64,000 bases of DNA. Origin: Amphiscolops sp. MND2022. Its lineage: Eukaryota. A program made the position numbers and the translations under genes. The stretch is from NCBI GenBank assembly GCA_964187785.1, contig OZ076409.1, positions 94,242,001-94,306,000 of the forward strand. The letters run 5' to 3'. This document shows positions 10,801-22,721 of this stretch, piece after piece; within the stretch, counting starts at the first letter, position 1, and every line of letters begins with the position of its first letter. The notes under the pieces are model-generated. The model was not told where the DNA came from. It saw only the letters and a list, made by a program, of their open reading frames with translations, and ran no database searches.

Positions 10801-13384
10801 GCTGTATATATAAGCATCATATAAAATTATAAACATAAAAGTGCAAACATAAAATAATTTAGCCCCTGAAAAGGCTTCCTATAAGCACTTAGGCTTTTCA
10901 AGAGGAAACCTTTTGAAATGATTTTTTTGTGTTTTTTTCAGTTTTTTTGTGTGTGTGTGTGGTAGAGATTTGACATTTAATTAACCGTTTCAATCTATCC
11001 AGCTGAAAAAATTCTAATTGCATATAAGATCAATCAAGTCACCATTTCCAAAAATGTAGAGATCTGCAATTTGGTGGTAGTAATTTTGAAAACAGTTTTC
11101 GTCCATTTCGCATATCAGTTCGTCTGTAAATAAAACACCCCACTTGCGCAATGCATTGATGAGTATGATTGCCCGAGAATCTAGCCTATCATTTTCTCCT
11201 GTGCGATTCCATATATTTAGACTACCATTTCTTGTTTGTCTATTTTGCGTTCCAATGCAAAGACTTTTGAAACCATTTCGTATCTGGTTAAGGGAAAATT
11301 TGAAGATTTCATAAACATGATACTCAAACACTGTTCTAATTTTTAATTCGTTGAATTTTTCAGTAACACTAGTTCTGGTTGGAAGCCTTAAAGCTATCCT
11401 CATTAGTTTTTTTTATAATAAGAAAATTTTTAGCAATTTAGTTTTTGGGCCCAAGCCATACAGAAGCACGCCATACTGAACCAGAGGTGATATAAACGAT
11501 CGAATATATTGTACTAACTGTTTTTCGTTCAACGTTGCCACTTTTTTTGTTCATTTGCTCAACAACGTCTTGAACTACGGACGTCCAAAGCATACTCGAA
11601 ACGCAAGAACCTCGTTCAAAACAAAAACATCGACGTCCAGAACCTTGAAAACATACTAAGGATCCCCCTTTGGTGTTTTTCACTCGGATTTTTTTCGGCA
11701 CTATGCGACTTTTTTTTGATTTTTTTTTGGATTGCACCAAAGGGTCCCTCTTCATTTGTTTCGATATTTTGCTACACAATGTCAGAAAATCCCAAAGGGT
11801 CTCCCCTTTTACATTTTTCGGTACTGTGACACTGTTCAAAAATCTCATTTTTTCGGAAATTTTTGAAAATCTCCCAAGGGCCCCCCTTCAATTTTTTTTC
11901 ATGTTTTGCAACCAACTGGAGTTTCACAAAGCCCAAAGGGCCCCCCGTTTTACAATTTTGAGCCTTAGATATTGCGCCGACTTTGGCCGTTCCCTAGTCT
12001 TTTTATTTAAATTTTTTTAATTTTGCAAAAAAATTTGATGGTGGGGGTAAACAGAAAACCGCCTAGATTAGTTTTGGCCGTCTTTGTGATTCAATTGTAC
12101 CTATATCATATTTCCCATTCCTCTGCCCTTTATATTTTCTCTCTGTCATCTCACTGTCATTGCAGTTAATGGAACCCCTCATTGATATTTTGAGGTTGAA
12201 CTTTTTGTAAGATGGTACACTTTCATCATTCTGCAGTGATTGTTTCAATTGAACCATCTTCGTTGGAAGATAACAAGACGAGAACGTCTCAAATCGGTGC
12301 CCCGCATAAGGCTTAAACAGCGTAAAAATTATATTTATTTCGAATATAACGAAAAGTGAAAAGTTCGGATATAGCGCAATATTTTTGAACCTCCACATCC
12401 TCTTTTGTGAAACACAGCGGATATTATGTCAAAAAATCGGCCATAGCTTACTGGGCCATGGCAGCCGTGGAAGTGTGGCGGCCGAAGATTGTAAAAGTTG
12501 ACCATTGTAAAAGTGTGAGATTGTCATCTGACAAAAAACATTTGCCACTGTAACGGTGAGGCACATTTTCTTCTGAAATGCGCCGACTACAAATGGATGA
12601 GTTTAGGACTGGGGAAAACGTGCTTCTGACCCGAATGAAACAAACAGCGTGTTTTTTTCGAAAAAACCTCTTTTTTGTTTTTTGCACATGACGAAGTCAA
12701 TGTGCATTGCAGTCCAGCTAAGTAAGTTTTTTTCCACTATAGTCAACTTCATAATGAGCGCCTTTTAGAAAAAAGCCAAAACGCCAGAGAGATTCGAACC
12801 TGCAGCCTCCCGATTGCACGGCATAAGTGTTGACCACTGTGCCATAGGGACGTTATTGAACAAAGTTGAACTGTTGAATATATACGCATGCGATTGAATA
12901 TATACGATTTTTCGGCATCTTTAAAATAATCGATGTCTTCGTCATGTGTTGCGAAGCACCGCTTCGCCTCTGTGTTTAATCTTGCAAAAGTAAGGTTGAA
13001 AGCTTATTTTCAATGCACAAAGAGAGTTCAATTATTCAACGCTCGACTGTCTGAACAAAAATGCGAGTTTGCCAGCTTTCTCATACCCAAATTTGTTCGA
13101 AGAGAACCGTAGGTAAGGCCCAAAGTATAGTTTCTTATGTAACCTATGCCTTGTAGGAACTCTTCAGTTTCAAGATTTTTTCTTGCTAGAGTTGGTGTCA
13201 TTTTCAGGTGCACCTCTATTGCGTGAGGATCGATTTCCCCATGGCCATCAAATGCAGACTCATCGCCAAGATGGCCGAGGTCGAAGAGAGACTTCTGGCA
13301 GGTGCTTCTGAATTCTTGCAGCTCACATCTCTGGTGGGCGCCTTCACATATGCTCGGCAACAGGCCATTGAACAAGCTGTTTGA
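4831..13384 (+). CDS. RFC5: Replication factor C small subunit (RFC5 / yeast Rfc3 type), about 376 aa
   Basis: Exons 4831-5125, 5400-5840, 6355-6572 (or identical copy 9667-9884) and 13208-13384, all GT-AG and in phase. Motifs PWVEKYRP, GPPGTGKT, ELNASDDRG, DEAD, SRC and GDMR; C-terminal HLYCVRIDFP..MAEVEERL matches RFC5. Confidence 0.92.
7373..8685 (+). mobile_element. Helentron/DINE-1-like non-autonomous element, family 1 (interrupted by a LINE; duplicate at about 10684-11999)
   Basis: 5' TTTTAGTCG..CCCGACT hairpin and 3' GAGCCTTAGATA..GCGCCGACT..GCCGTTCC end. Confidence 0.7.
7456..8222 (-). mobile_element. 3' fragment of a CR1/L2-like LINE nested in a Helentron-type element
   Basis: C-terminal ORF2-like peptide (YIRSFISPLVQYG..LQKKLMRI), a (TTA)n tail at 7456-7473, and TSD CCACTTTTTT at 7446-7455 and 8223-8232. 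Confidence 0.75.
10767..11537 (-). mobile_element. Duplicated copy of the LINE 3' fragment
   Basis: Same sequence as 7456-8222, inside the second tandem unit. Confidence 0.75.
12684..12975 (+). mobile_element. Helentron-like non-autonomous element, family 2, with an internal tRNA-like segment
   Basis: subTIR CACATGACGAAG / CTTCGTCATGTG, 3' hairpin GCGAAGC-ACC-GCTTCGC and T-rich flanks; near-identical copy at 29877-30159. Confidence 0.7.
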
Positions 13385-14064
13385 CTCTGACTGTGATGCG
13401 TTGCAATTGTTCTGTCTTGAATTTTGTTTTTGATCTTGTAATTTATTTCTTATGATTTTTACCTTTTTGCAATGCTTAAGTGCAGGTTCAGGCGGAATGG
13501 TTCGATACTTGCTGTCAATATTAATTTATCTGCTAAGAGTGGTTTTAAAACGGACAGCATTTGTTTTTGTGAATCTGATTTTGAACGATTTTTAAAGCAA
13601 AGTTGAAAAATCCTCAAAAAATCTTTCTTGACCAATAGCAAAAACCAACCCCATAAACTTCACAACAAGTTCTTACGCAACAAATACCAATAATATTCTG
13701 TAGTTACTACAAGCCCCCGTGCGGCGGGCCCCACGAAGTGGTAGTACCGGAAAAAGAAACTAAAATTCTGAAGGGGCGCGCGGCGACAGGGGCTCATCTG
13801 TTCACAATGAAAGCCCAATACCAGGCCTTTCAAACGCGCTATAGTTCCTTTCTCTGGTACGCGTAAATGTGGAATATTGATGATTTAAATTTTTTAATCA
13901 ATTTTTTTTAAAAAAATTGCAAAAACGCCCTGGTCAACTAGGGTTAATGTTTCTCGTTTATATTTCAGAGGATACACAAAATACCACAATGGTGACTTTT
14001 TTGGTGTAATTTTTGGTGACCAGCCATTTCTGTGGACGCTTCAACGTTTTTGTTTTCTAGAGAA

Positions 14065-17000
14065 ATGAAAGAAGAGTGCCTCATATGCATATCTGGATTG
14101 TCGAGCTCCATCACTGAAGCCAAGATCAGGGACAGAATTTTGAACCCTCTGGGCTTTTGCACGACTGAATTTTATCTAGATAAAAGGTGCGATGGATCTT
14201 CTTACCGAAATCATGATATGTTCACGAAATGTTTCCTCAATATTGATACTGAAATGCCCATTAAAAAGGTATGCTCTACAATTTTCAAAGCAACTTTTGA
14301 TGACAACGCTAATATTCAAGTCAAGCCGATAGCTTTGATTCCAGTTGACGTGAAAGCAGAATATGCAAAAACTGGAAGTAATGTTGTAGAAGAACCGAAG
14401 ACCTCGCGAGTTGAATTTTCCAGCTCGAACTGTTACGAAAAACGTCCGAACGAGTACGACAATCATTCGTTTAGCCTATCTGGTAAAAACGAAGCTTCAG
14501 AACAAGTGAGTGAAAGTGATTAATTGATCATTTTTAAACTGGTAGAACCCACTGTAATAACAGGTCCAACAACATACCAACACTTTCTTCTACTTCAACC
14601 AATATGAATATTTGACAGAGAGGAATAAAGTTCGCAAATTTTGAAATTACTACCGCCATTAGTTTCAAGAACAAGTATAAAAACACACACATCAATAAAA
14701 CGCAGTATAATAATATCCATAGGAATATAAATAACCTAACAATTAATGAGGATGTAAGACTTCGATAGACCTCTTTTCCTAGGGTACAGAGACCAAGAAA
14801 CTCAACTACAAAATAAAAGTCAACCGCCACTGACAGAACTCCTGTTGACATTGCTAAACGTAATCTTGTTTATTGAAAGTCTGTCCGCAAATTAATATAC
14901 ATCAAATGGATTACTGAATTTTCATTGCGTTCTTTTGTGACGAAAACACGTAGACGAGTGACAGAGTATAAAAGTTTCCAACCTGTCATAAATTATTGTA
15001 AATGATTTATGAGGCAAATGGATCCAGTAACTTGAATTTGGTTATGTATGATTCGAAAAGGAATTACCCAGAGTGGCGGTATTTGAGGTTGTTTCAACAT
15101 AGGCGCTGATGTACAGTTGAATCCGCCTAATTCGTAACGCTAGGGATTGAATAAAATAGTACGAATTAACCGGGTGATATTACTTGTCGGTCGCTCAATG
15201 GGAGTCCCAGATACATACGAATTGAAGGAAGATCCGAATTATCCGGATACGAATTAACTGGAGTTGACTGTACTTAGCGCATTGCGGGCGAAGTAAACGC
15301 GGAGCAATGTTTACCGAGCGGAAATTTTTCATTCAAACAAATCAGTTGAAAGCACTTCAATGTCAAAACAATAGCGCCTAGCACAAATTTTGGATAGTAA
15401 CAATGATAGAAAGGTTGTAGTGATCCCAAAAACTAATGTTCTACTATTGGTATATTCTAGGAGGATATTCACTAAGAGCTGATGCTATGCGAAAACAAGC
15501 CAGGAACGGTATAAGTTGACGCCCCGCTTGGCCTTATTCTTAGTCGGCGCGTTTTCCTTTTAAGGAAAAATGCCCGACTATAGCAGTGACTGTTTTTGAG
15601 TCGGCGCCTTTTCCCTTAAGGAAAAAAGCCCGACTCTTACTGTGAGTAGTTTTTTTTTTGTTTTTTTTTCAGTTGACAATCTCACTCTGAGTGGTCCACT
15701 TTTCTTACAATCTTTGTTCATTTGTTCACATTTGTTCAACTAATTTTCTAAAAAGCAGGAGATCGTGGGTTCGATTCTCGCACTAAACCACAGTTTTTTC
15801 GGCACTATGCGACTTTTTTTTCGAAAATTTTCGGATTCTATCAAAGGGTACTCCCTAGCATTGTTTTGAAGTTTTCGGTTTGTAAAAACGTTTAATGGGC
15901 CTGAATGGCCTCTTTTTGAGTTTTTCGGCATCGTGCGACTTAAAAAATACTTGTTTCGAAAAAATATTTTCAAAAAAAATTTTTTGAAAAATAATTTGCA
16001 AATGTTTCCAATAGTTGTTCCTTGAATATTTTTGAGCCTTAGATATGGCGCCGACTTGAGACGATCCCGTCTTGTTTTTTCTTCAGACTACAATCCTCAC
16101 ACTGATCGGTCCACTTTTTAGAAACAATCCTGAAACCACCTGAGGACAAGTCCGGCCAAGGGAAATTTAGTCCAAAGGGTCCCCCTTTCATTTTTTCACT
16201 TTTCAAGGAAACCTACAAAACCGGACGTGCCTAAAGGGTCCGAAAAAAATTTATATGTCTCAAAAGGGTCCCCCCTTCGAGTTTTTTCATATTTTGCAAC
16301 TGAATGTATGTTAATAAATCCCAAAGGGTCCCCCCCCCTTTTACATTTTTCGGCGCTATGCGACTTTTTTTGAAAGAATTTTTTTTTCAAAAATTTCAAG
16401 TATTTTTCTTTAAAAAATGTTTTGCGGTTTTTGAGCCTTAGATATGGCGCCGACTTTAGACGTTCTCGTCTTGTTTCTTCAGACCACAATCCTTACACTG
16501 ATCGGTCCACTTTTAAGAAACAATCCTGAAACCTTCTAAGGCCAAGTCCGGCCAAGGCAAACTTAGTCCAAAGGGTCCCCCCTTTCATTTTTTACTTTTT
16601 CAAGGAAACCTACAGAACTGGACGTGCCTAACCGTTCCCCTTTGGATTTGTTTCGACACTGTGCGACTTTTTTTCGAAAAATTTTTAAATGTCTTAAAAG
16701 GGTCCCCCCTTCGAGTTTTTTGATATTTTGAAACTGAATGTATGGTAATAAACCCCAAAGGGTCCACCCTTTTACTTTTTTCGGCACTATGCGACATTTT
16801 CCGAAAGAAATTTTTTTAAAAAAATTCAAAAAAATGTTCTGCTCTTTTTGAGCCTTAGATATAGCGCCGACTCTCACCTTGTTTCAATATCTAAATCGAT
16901 AGATTTGTGGTGAAAACAAGTTATAAAAGTCGTACAATTCCAAAAAAACGAATGAGGCTTCTTGTTTTCCCAATAAAAATGAAGAGGAATGATTGAAGTC

Positions 17001-20000
17001 GTACTTCGTCAAAATAACGTAAAAGGGGTGTTTAGGCTTAGAAAAAGTGTTTTCCTAACTGCACATCAAATGACCTGAAAGAAGACCTTCTGGTGAAATT
17101 TTTGAAAAATTGCACAGTGCTGAAAAAACATCCAAGAGGGCCATTTGGAAACATGCATAATAATTTGCCTTAAACGAGCCTCGACAAAGTTGTATTACAC
17201 AGCTGGTAGACTTGAAAATCTGATTTCTTTGGATAAGAAACCTTTGGCGTTCAGAAAATCGAATCAGGTTTTTTTTATCGGAATAAGTACCTAAAACATG
17301 TTTTCGACAACAAGGTGCTGATATATCCCCATATGAGAACCTAAATATGAGTGTCGGTAACACTTCGGAAATCTATCAGCCTGAAAGGTACATTTTTCCG
17401 AATCGAAAACGAACGAGGATGAAATATCTGAAAACGTTATAACTGAATGTTTCGTATCAGAGCACATAGTAAACTAGCCGGGAACGGTCCAAGTGTGCGT
17501 CCCGCTCAATGTTAAAAAACAATTTTTTTAATTATGCAGAGACAGTGTGAAATTTTTATTGAATTTACAACACCAAAAAATACGAGACGTGATACTCATA
17601 AGACTCGAAAAACGCTTTTATCCTCACTGGGCGCTTTCCTTTAGAATCTACATACTACATTTGAGCTGTAGAAAGTGCTACGGAGTCCCCTTTAACAATA
17701 ACGCAACCCATACCGGATTTAACGAATACCGGATATAACGTTTATTGGAGAATTTTTCAATGTTACAAAAGTTTGTCAAGTAACTTGGCCGTGTGGTCTC
17801 GCACTGAACTGGAAAACTTTTGTTTGCAAAAGTAGGGGGAGACAAAATCGTCCCTCGATTTTCAGCAACAGCGTTTTGGGAGCATAGATAGCCACTTTTA
17901 GTTTTTTTCGGCACTATGTGACTTACCGAAAAAAAATTATGTAAAGGAAACGTGTTTCCCGAGTCTTGAGGGTGACCTTTGTTACTTTTTGATCTTGTGG
18001 AACTGATGAATTTTGATGATTGTGGAAAATACCTTTTTCGACTCTGCGTGTTTTTTTCCGAAACTCTCGGTTGTTCAAAAGCTACCCCCTAGCTTTTACA
18101 GCGGATTTCAGCTTGAGAAAAGTTTCGCGAGCTGGAACCTTTTTCGGCACTATGAGACTTCCAAAAATGACACAAAAATATTTTTCAACAATAGATTTTT
18201 TTGTTTCCAGTTTGGTAAAGGTGGTTTCCGGGTCTTATGTGTATCCCTAGGGGTATTTTTCGGCACTGAAAAATTGGTAAATGTTTGAAAATAGTATCCT
18301 TCGGCATCGACTTGGCCGTTCCCGGCTTGTTTCTTTCCGGAAAAAGTCGCAATGACGAAAATCCAAAAACCAAAATTTTTGTTCAAAAGTGAAGTGTAGG
18401 TGCCACTTGACCAAATAAAGTTTTTGAAGAAAAGTCGCAAAGTGCCGATAAACCGTAGATCCTTTCCGCAGGTATTGACAAAACTCTTACTGTCCCACAG
18501 GACCTAGAAGTAACCAAATATGGCACCTTTAAGACTTAAACGGTTTTCCTTAACAATATCTAAAATGAAAACTTGCGAAATTTTTTTCAAAACAAAATGG
18601 CTTGGATAAGTCACAGTGCCGAGAAAACCCGAAGGGGGGATCATTTGGTCTCCCCTCTACTTTTGCAAGCATCAATGAATACAGCCGATACTCCTCATAA
18701 CCAGTATTCGTTGAAACCTAAATGCATCCCAAAAAAATTTGCGTTGTCAAAGTTTTTTGTTTTTACAGTTTATCAAAAATGATTGCTGATCAAGTATACT
18801 TTGAATAAATGAAAAGTTCAGCGCTGGTTAGGTTCGAGCCCTTAGTTTCACTTGGCAAGACATGCAAAACAAACTATATCAGATTTAAATTGTCATGTTT
18901 GAAATATATTACATCCTGTTGTTGGATTTGAAAAATACAAAAATCGGCAGTTTCAGAATTTCACATTCTGTCTGGAAGACGTATTAAAGCATCAAAAAAA
19001 TCTATATAAGCTAATCTTGTATGTTTGCTGATAATATGGTTAAGTTAGAAATGATCGAACTGTTGATCGAACTCGCCATTTATAGTAAACGCTAACTTTT
19101 GACTTAATTAATTGGAAAACTCACTGAAGCTAATCTTGAATTAAAAATTCGTATTCTGTTGTATTCGCAATTTCCAAGTTTCCCTTACCGTTTTTTTTGT
19201 TTCAGGACAACGAAGGGCTTATTTGTTTAACAGGACTCGGCCCGGAATCCACAGAGCAATCAGTAATTGAACTGCTTGAAGGAACGAATACTGATGTGAA
19301 AAAGGTTCATCTCTTCAGTTCGCCTTCGGAAAACGGCGATGAGCAGAAGTTGAAGGTTTATATCAACGTAGCAGTTTTTGCCGGTCTGGGTGTGAAAAGA
19401 TTCTGTGCTTTCCTTTCTCGTGAATTGACGGCTAAGTCTGGTTCAAAGATTTCAGTAAAAAGCGTTGATTCGCTACCAGCATCATATTTGTATGGTAACA
19501 AGCACACAGGAAGAGGACAGTATGATTTTAAAGAACACAGAAAAAGAAATTATAACGAGGAAAACGCAAATGGCTCTGGTCATAGCGAAAGCAAATCGTG
19601 GAAGCTTGATTATTCTGAAAACTCAAAATACAATGATGAAAAAACCGTTTCTCAAACTTCCGCCCCTGAAATCCCTGAAAATTTTCATTTCTTTTGTCTC
19701 ACTGGTTTACCTTCCGACTCAACTGAGCAATCTGTTACGGACCTCCTCGAAGACACCAAAACTGTAGTAAGAAAAGTTCAACTTGATTCTTCCTTATCAG
19801 AAAATGGAGAAACAAAGCTGAAAGTTTATATCGACGTTGAGCTTTCGTCTGGTTTCGGAGCGAAAAGATTTTGTGCTTTCTTGTCCAAAGAATTGACCGC
19901 TAAAGTTGGCTCAAAAGTTGCCATCAAGCTACTAGAATCGTGGCCCAGAGTTTCCAAAAAAGTTGAAAATGACCATTACGGAAATAGCAGCAGCCGTTAT

Positions 20001-21603
20001 GAATCCGAGAGATACCCAACTGATACCCACAAATTATCTGACTATCAGGAGAGGAACAATCAATATTGGGAACGATCTGATCATCATGAGAACAGTCAGT
20101 ACAAATATGAAAAGAGACGTCGATTCGACGATGATAATATTGACAATGATAACTCCCACAACGAAAATGACAAATATCGCAGGAGCTACGACTATAGGTA
20201 CCCTGAACAACCAGCCCATATACCGATAATTTACTATGACCCAAAAAACCCAAGTCATAAATGTTACGAGCTGGGGTACGAAGATTCTAAAGCCCCTCCC
20301 GATGCAACAACTTCAACAGATAACGCGAAACTGAAAAAGGTGTGCTTTTTGCTATTTTTTGGTATTATGATTTTTAATATTTCTGCTTTAGCAGGAATAT
20401 TATTGAAATCTGGAAACGTGTACTTTTTTTTCAGAACAATTTTTCGGACGATCTGAATAATTCAGATATTTTGTTCGGCAGTGAGTGTAAGCGAGAGATT
20501 TAAATTCAATTCTAGTGCGATGGAACGAGCGAGTGGTAATTATCCATTCGTATGCTGACGTCATTGAGATGAAGCGAGCGAATGTTCGTAATTGCGCTTT
20601 CGTTGCCCCGAGTTATTGAGATGAAGCGAATGAGTGTTAATTATTCGTTCGTTGAGAGCTTCGCCTGCATTCAAATGCGAATGCGAAACTTCGTCTACGC
20701 TTAGTAGTTATATTTTCTTTAGTCCGAGAAGAATTAAAGGCGGTGTAAACTTGTAGTGATTACATGTAATTGTGCGCTAAATAAGGATTAAACAAGAGTG
20801 TATTGGTATTCCAGATATGATTCTTTTATTAATGATTTTTTTGTTTAAAAAAATAAAGATTAAAGCAGAAATAGTACTGAGCCCCGGAGAGGCCTATTTT
20901 TGTGACGTATACAACTTGTTCCGATCCGGAAAAGCATGAAACGTGAAAAGTATCTCAAGTGAAAAAACACGAGACTACTCCCCATATGCACGGAAACAGA
21001 AAAAATATTCTATTTTCCGAGGCTTGAATGTGGCTATAACTCGGCCGTTGTTGGACTGTTTCTTCTACAAGGAATAAGGAACCGCAATGTCTTTGAATTT
21101 GAAGCGTCAAATGCTTGAATACAGTAGTATATCTATTTTAGGTGGAAGACAACAACAGGACGCAAGCGCTAAAACAAGTCCTGAAATCAAACGCTGCATC
21201 TGGCTTTTCTTTCGGATTCAGTGCTGATGATGTAGCTACCAATGAATCCACCTTTGTGAACGTTGCTGACACAGACGACCCTCTCCCTGCAGTTGAAGAG
21301 GAAGCAGAAAAAACAGAACAACAGAAGGCTCCTTCAATCGAAGTGGAGGAGGTGCAAAGTGGCCCTACAATGAAATCCCAACCCCAATCAACTAACATTG
21401 GCTTTACTTCGCTTTTCTCAGTGCCTGAAATTAGCGAACTGAGTTCTGGTTTCTTCAGACATGAAAGCGAAATTGCTAAGAAGAAGAAAAAACCTCGAGA
21501 GGACAAAATTATTATACCTTCAAGAAAACCAAATAAGTCCAATAATCGCGCCCCTAGAAAGTTTCAAGCGGGAAACGGAAAACGTCCTTATAAGAAAAGT
21601 TAA
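14065..21603 (+). CDS. NOL8/Nop132-like nucleolar protein with three RRM-like repeats, about 678 aa
   Basis: Exons 14065-14505, 19206-20339 and 21142-21603 joined by phase-0 GT-AG introns. The repeats ICISGLSSSITEA, ICLTGLGPESTEQ and FCLTGLPSDSTEQ resemble the NOL8 RRM. IIYYDPKNPSH resembles the NOL8 IIKYDPSKYCH motif (recalled, not searched). Basic C-terminus. Confidence 0.6.
15114..15270. mobile_element. Small Tc1/mariner-pogo-type MITE
   Basis: Imperfect TIRs CAGTTGAATCC..AATTCGTA / TACGAATT..GTTGACTG, flanked by TA. Confidence 0.55.
15539..16883 (+). mobile_element. Nested cluster of family-1 Helentron-like elements
   Basis: Two 5' hairpin ends (about 15541 and 15598) and three 3' ends (about 16075, 16475 and 16883). 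Confidence 0.7.
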
Positions 21604-22721
21604 GTTTGAGTGTACAAGTTCTAAATTTTAAAATACGGTTTGATTTTTAAATTCCTCCATCTCATTTATCACGACCCAGAATGAAATTGACAAAAAGAGG
21701 CATATAAGCTATATATTTTTTCAAAAACCTCAAAATTCTTGTGTCATAAAACGCTCCATTGATTTGTCTAGTTATAACTTGAAATTTTCCGCAGGAGGTG
21801 GCCGTTAACAAGACGCCATTGGCTCTCTAGCAAAATAAAGAAGTTGGTGATTCTGATTTTAAAAACTGTGTGCAAAGCCGTCAGCTTTCGACATAACAAA
21901 GCGCTGTTGTTTGTAATTGAGCTCTGAAAAACATTGATTGAAGGTGCTATTTTTGTTTTGAGATGTTCTGCATTCAATGTTGATCATACCATCCATGTTC
22001 ATTTCCTAAACTATAGGTTTCATGTCTGATATTACTACATTTGTTAGCTTTAGCTTCACTGTGACAATGGTTTTGTTTTCAGATTTGTTATGAGCAATTG
22101 TGTCATGGATTCGCCCTGAAAATGTAACTACTGAAATGACATGAATCTGTAGCGTGGCATTGATTGTATCGCTGATCGAAAGATTCTTTGTGGGTTAGAC
22201 TGTGACCAAAACCACAAGTAAATGTTTCCTTCGTCAATATATCTGCAAAGTAAGCTACTGTGCATTGCTCGCTGAATTGAACTTCGTTCCTCTATCTGAA
22301 AGTTGACTCTGTTTAGTTTATTAAGTTTACCATCGATCCTAGTCGAATTAAGTGGTTATCCATTATTATCAGATTTACTGCTAAGCCGTACATTCTGATT
22401 CAGTTCAGAGTTTTGATATCGCTTTTTTTCGCTAAACCGCTAATTTCAAAATCGTCTTTTCGTTGAAAAACTTGGAATTCAAAAATGGTTCAAGTGCAAG
22501 AAAGTAGAATTTTCATACTTGTGTGGGATTTGGAGATGGAGAGTTGGAATTTTTTTGAATCCTTTTTGAAGCTCCGTTTATTTTCGAGGAAATTTACAAT
22601 TTGGACAATCTATTAGTTGCCACTAATTTGAATCGCTGATAGAATCGGTGAAAAAGTTCTGTGCGACCGCTAAGTTGCTGATTAGCGATGTCAAAACTAA
22701 TTCAGTTCTCCCTCTCTGACG

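Larger units (their letters stand above)
6007..12636 (+). repeat. Head-to-tail tandem duplication (unit about 3312 bp) including RFC5 exon 3
   Basis: 6007-9318 is repeated at 9319-12633 with AAT microhomology at the junction, a few SNPs, a 4-bp indel and homopolymer differences. Confidence 0.95.

Noticed and set aside
12780..12851. Functional tRNA gene
   Set aside because: A and B boxes are present, but the acceptor and anticodon stems do not pair well and it lies inside a mobile element.
13697..13948. GC-rich segment ending CCCTGGTCAACTAGGGTTAA between RFC5 and the NOL8-like gene
   Set aside because: Possibly a piggyBac-type end or a promoter, but no partner TIR or second copy in the window.
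15740..18782. Many 60-110 aa ORFs rich in F/K/G/P (also 35425-36069, 37350-37749, 46780-47089)
   Set aside because: These are chance frames in family-1 repeat modules, with no domain signatures.
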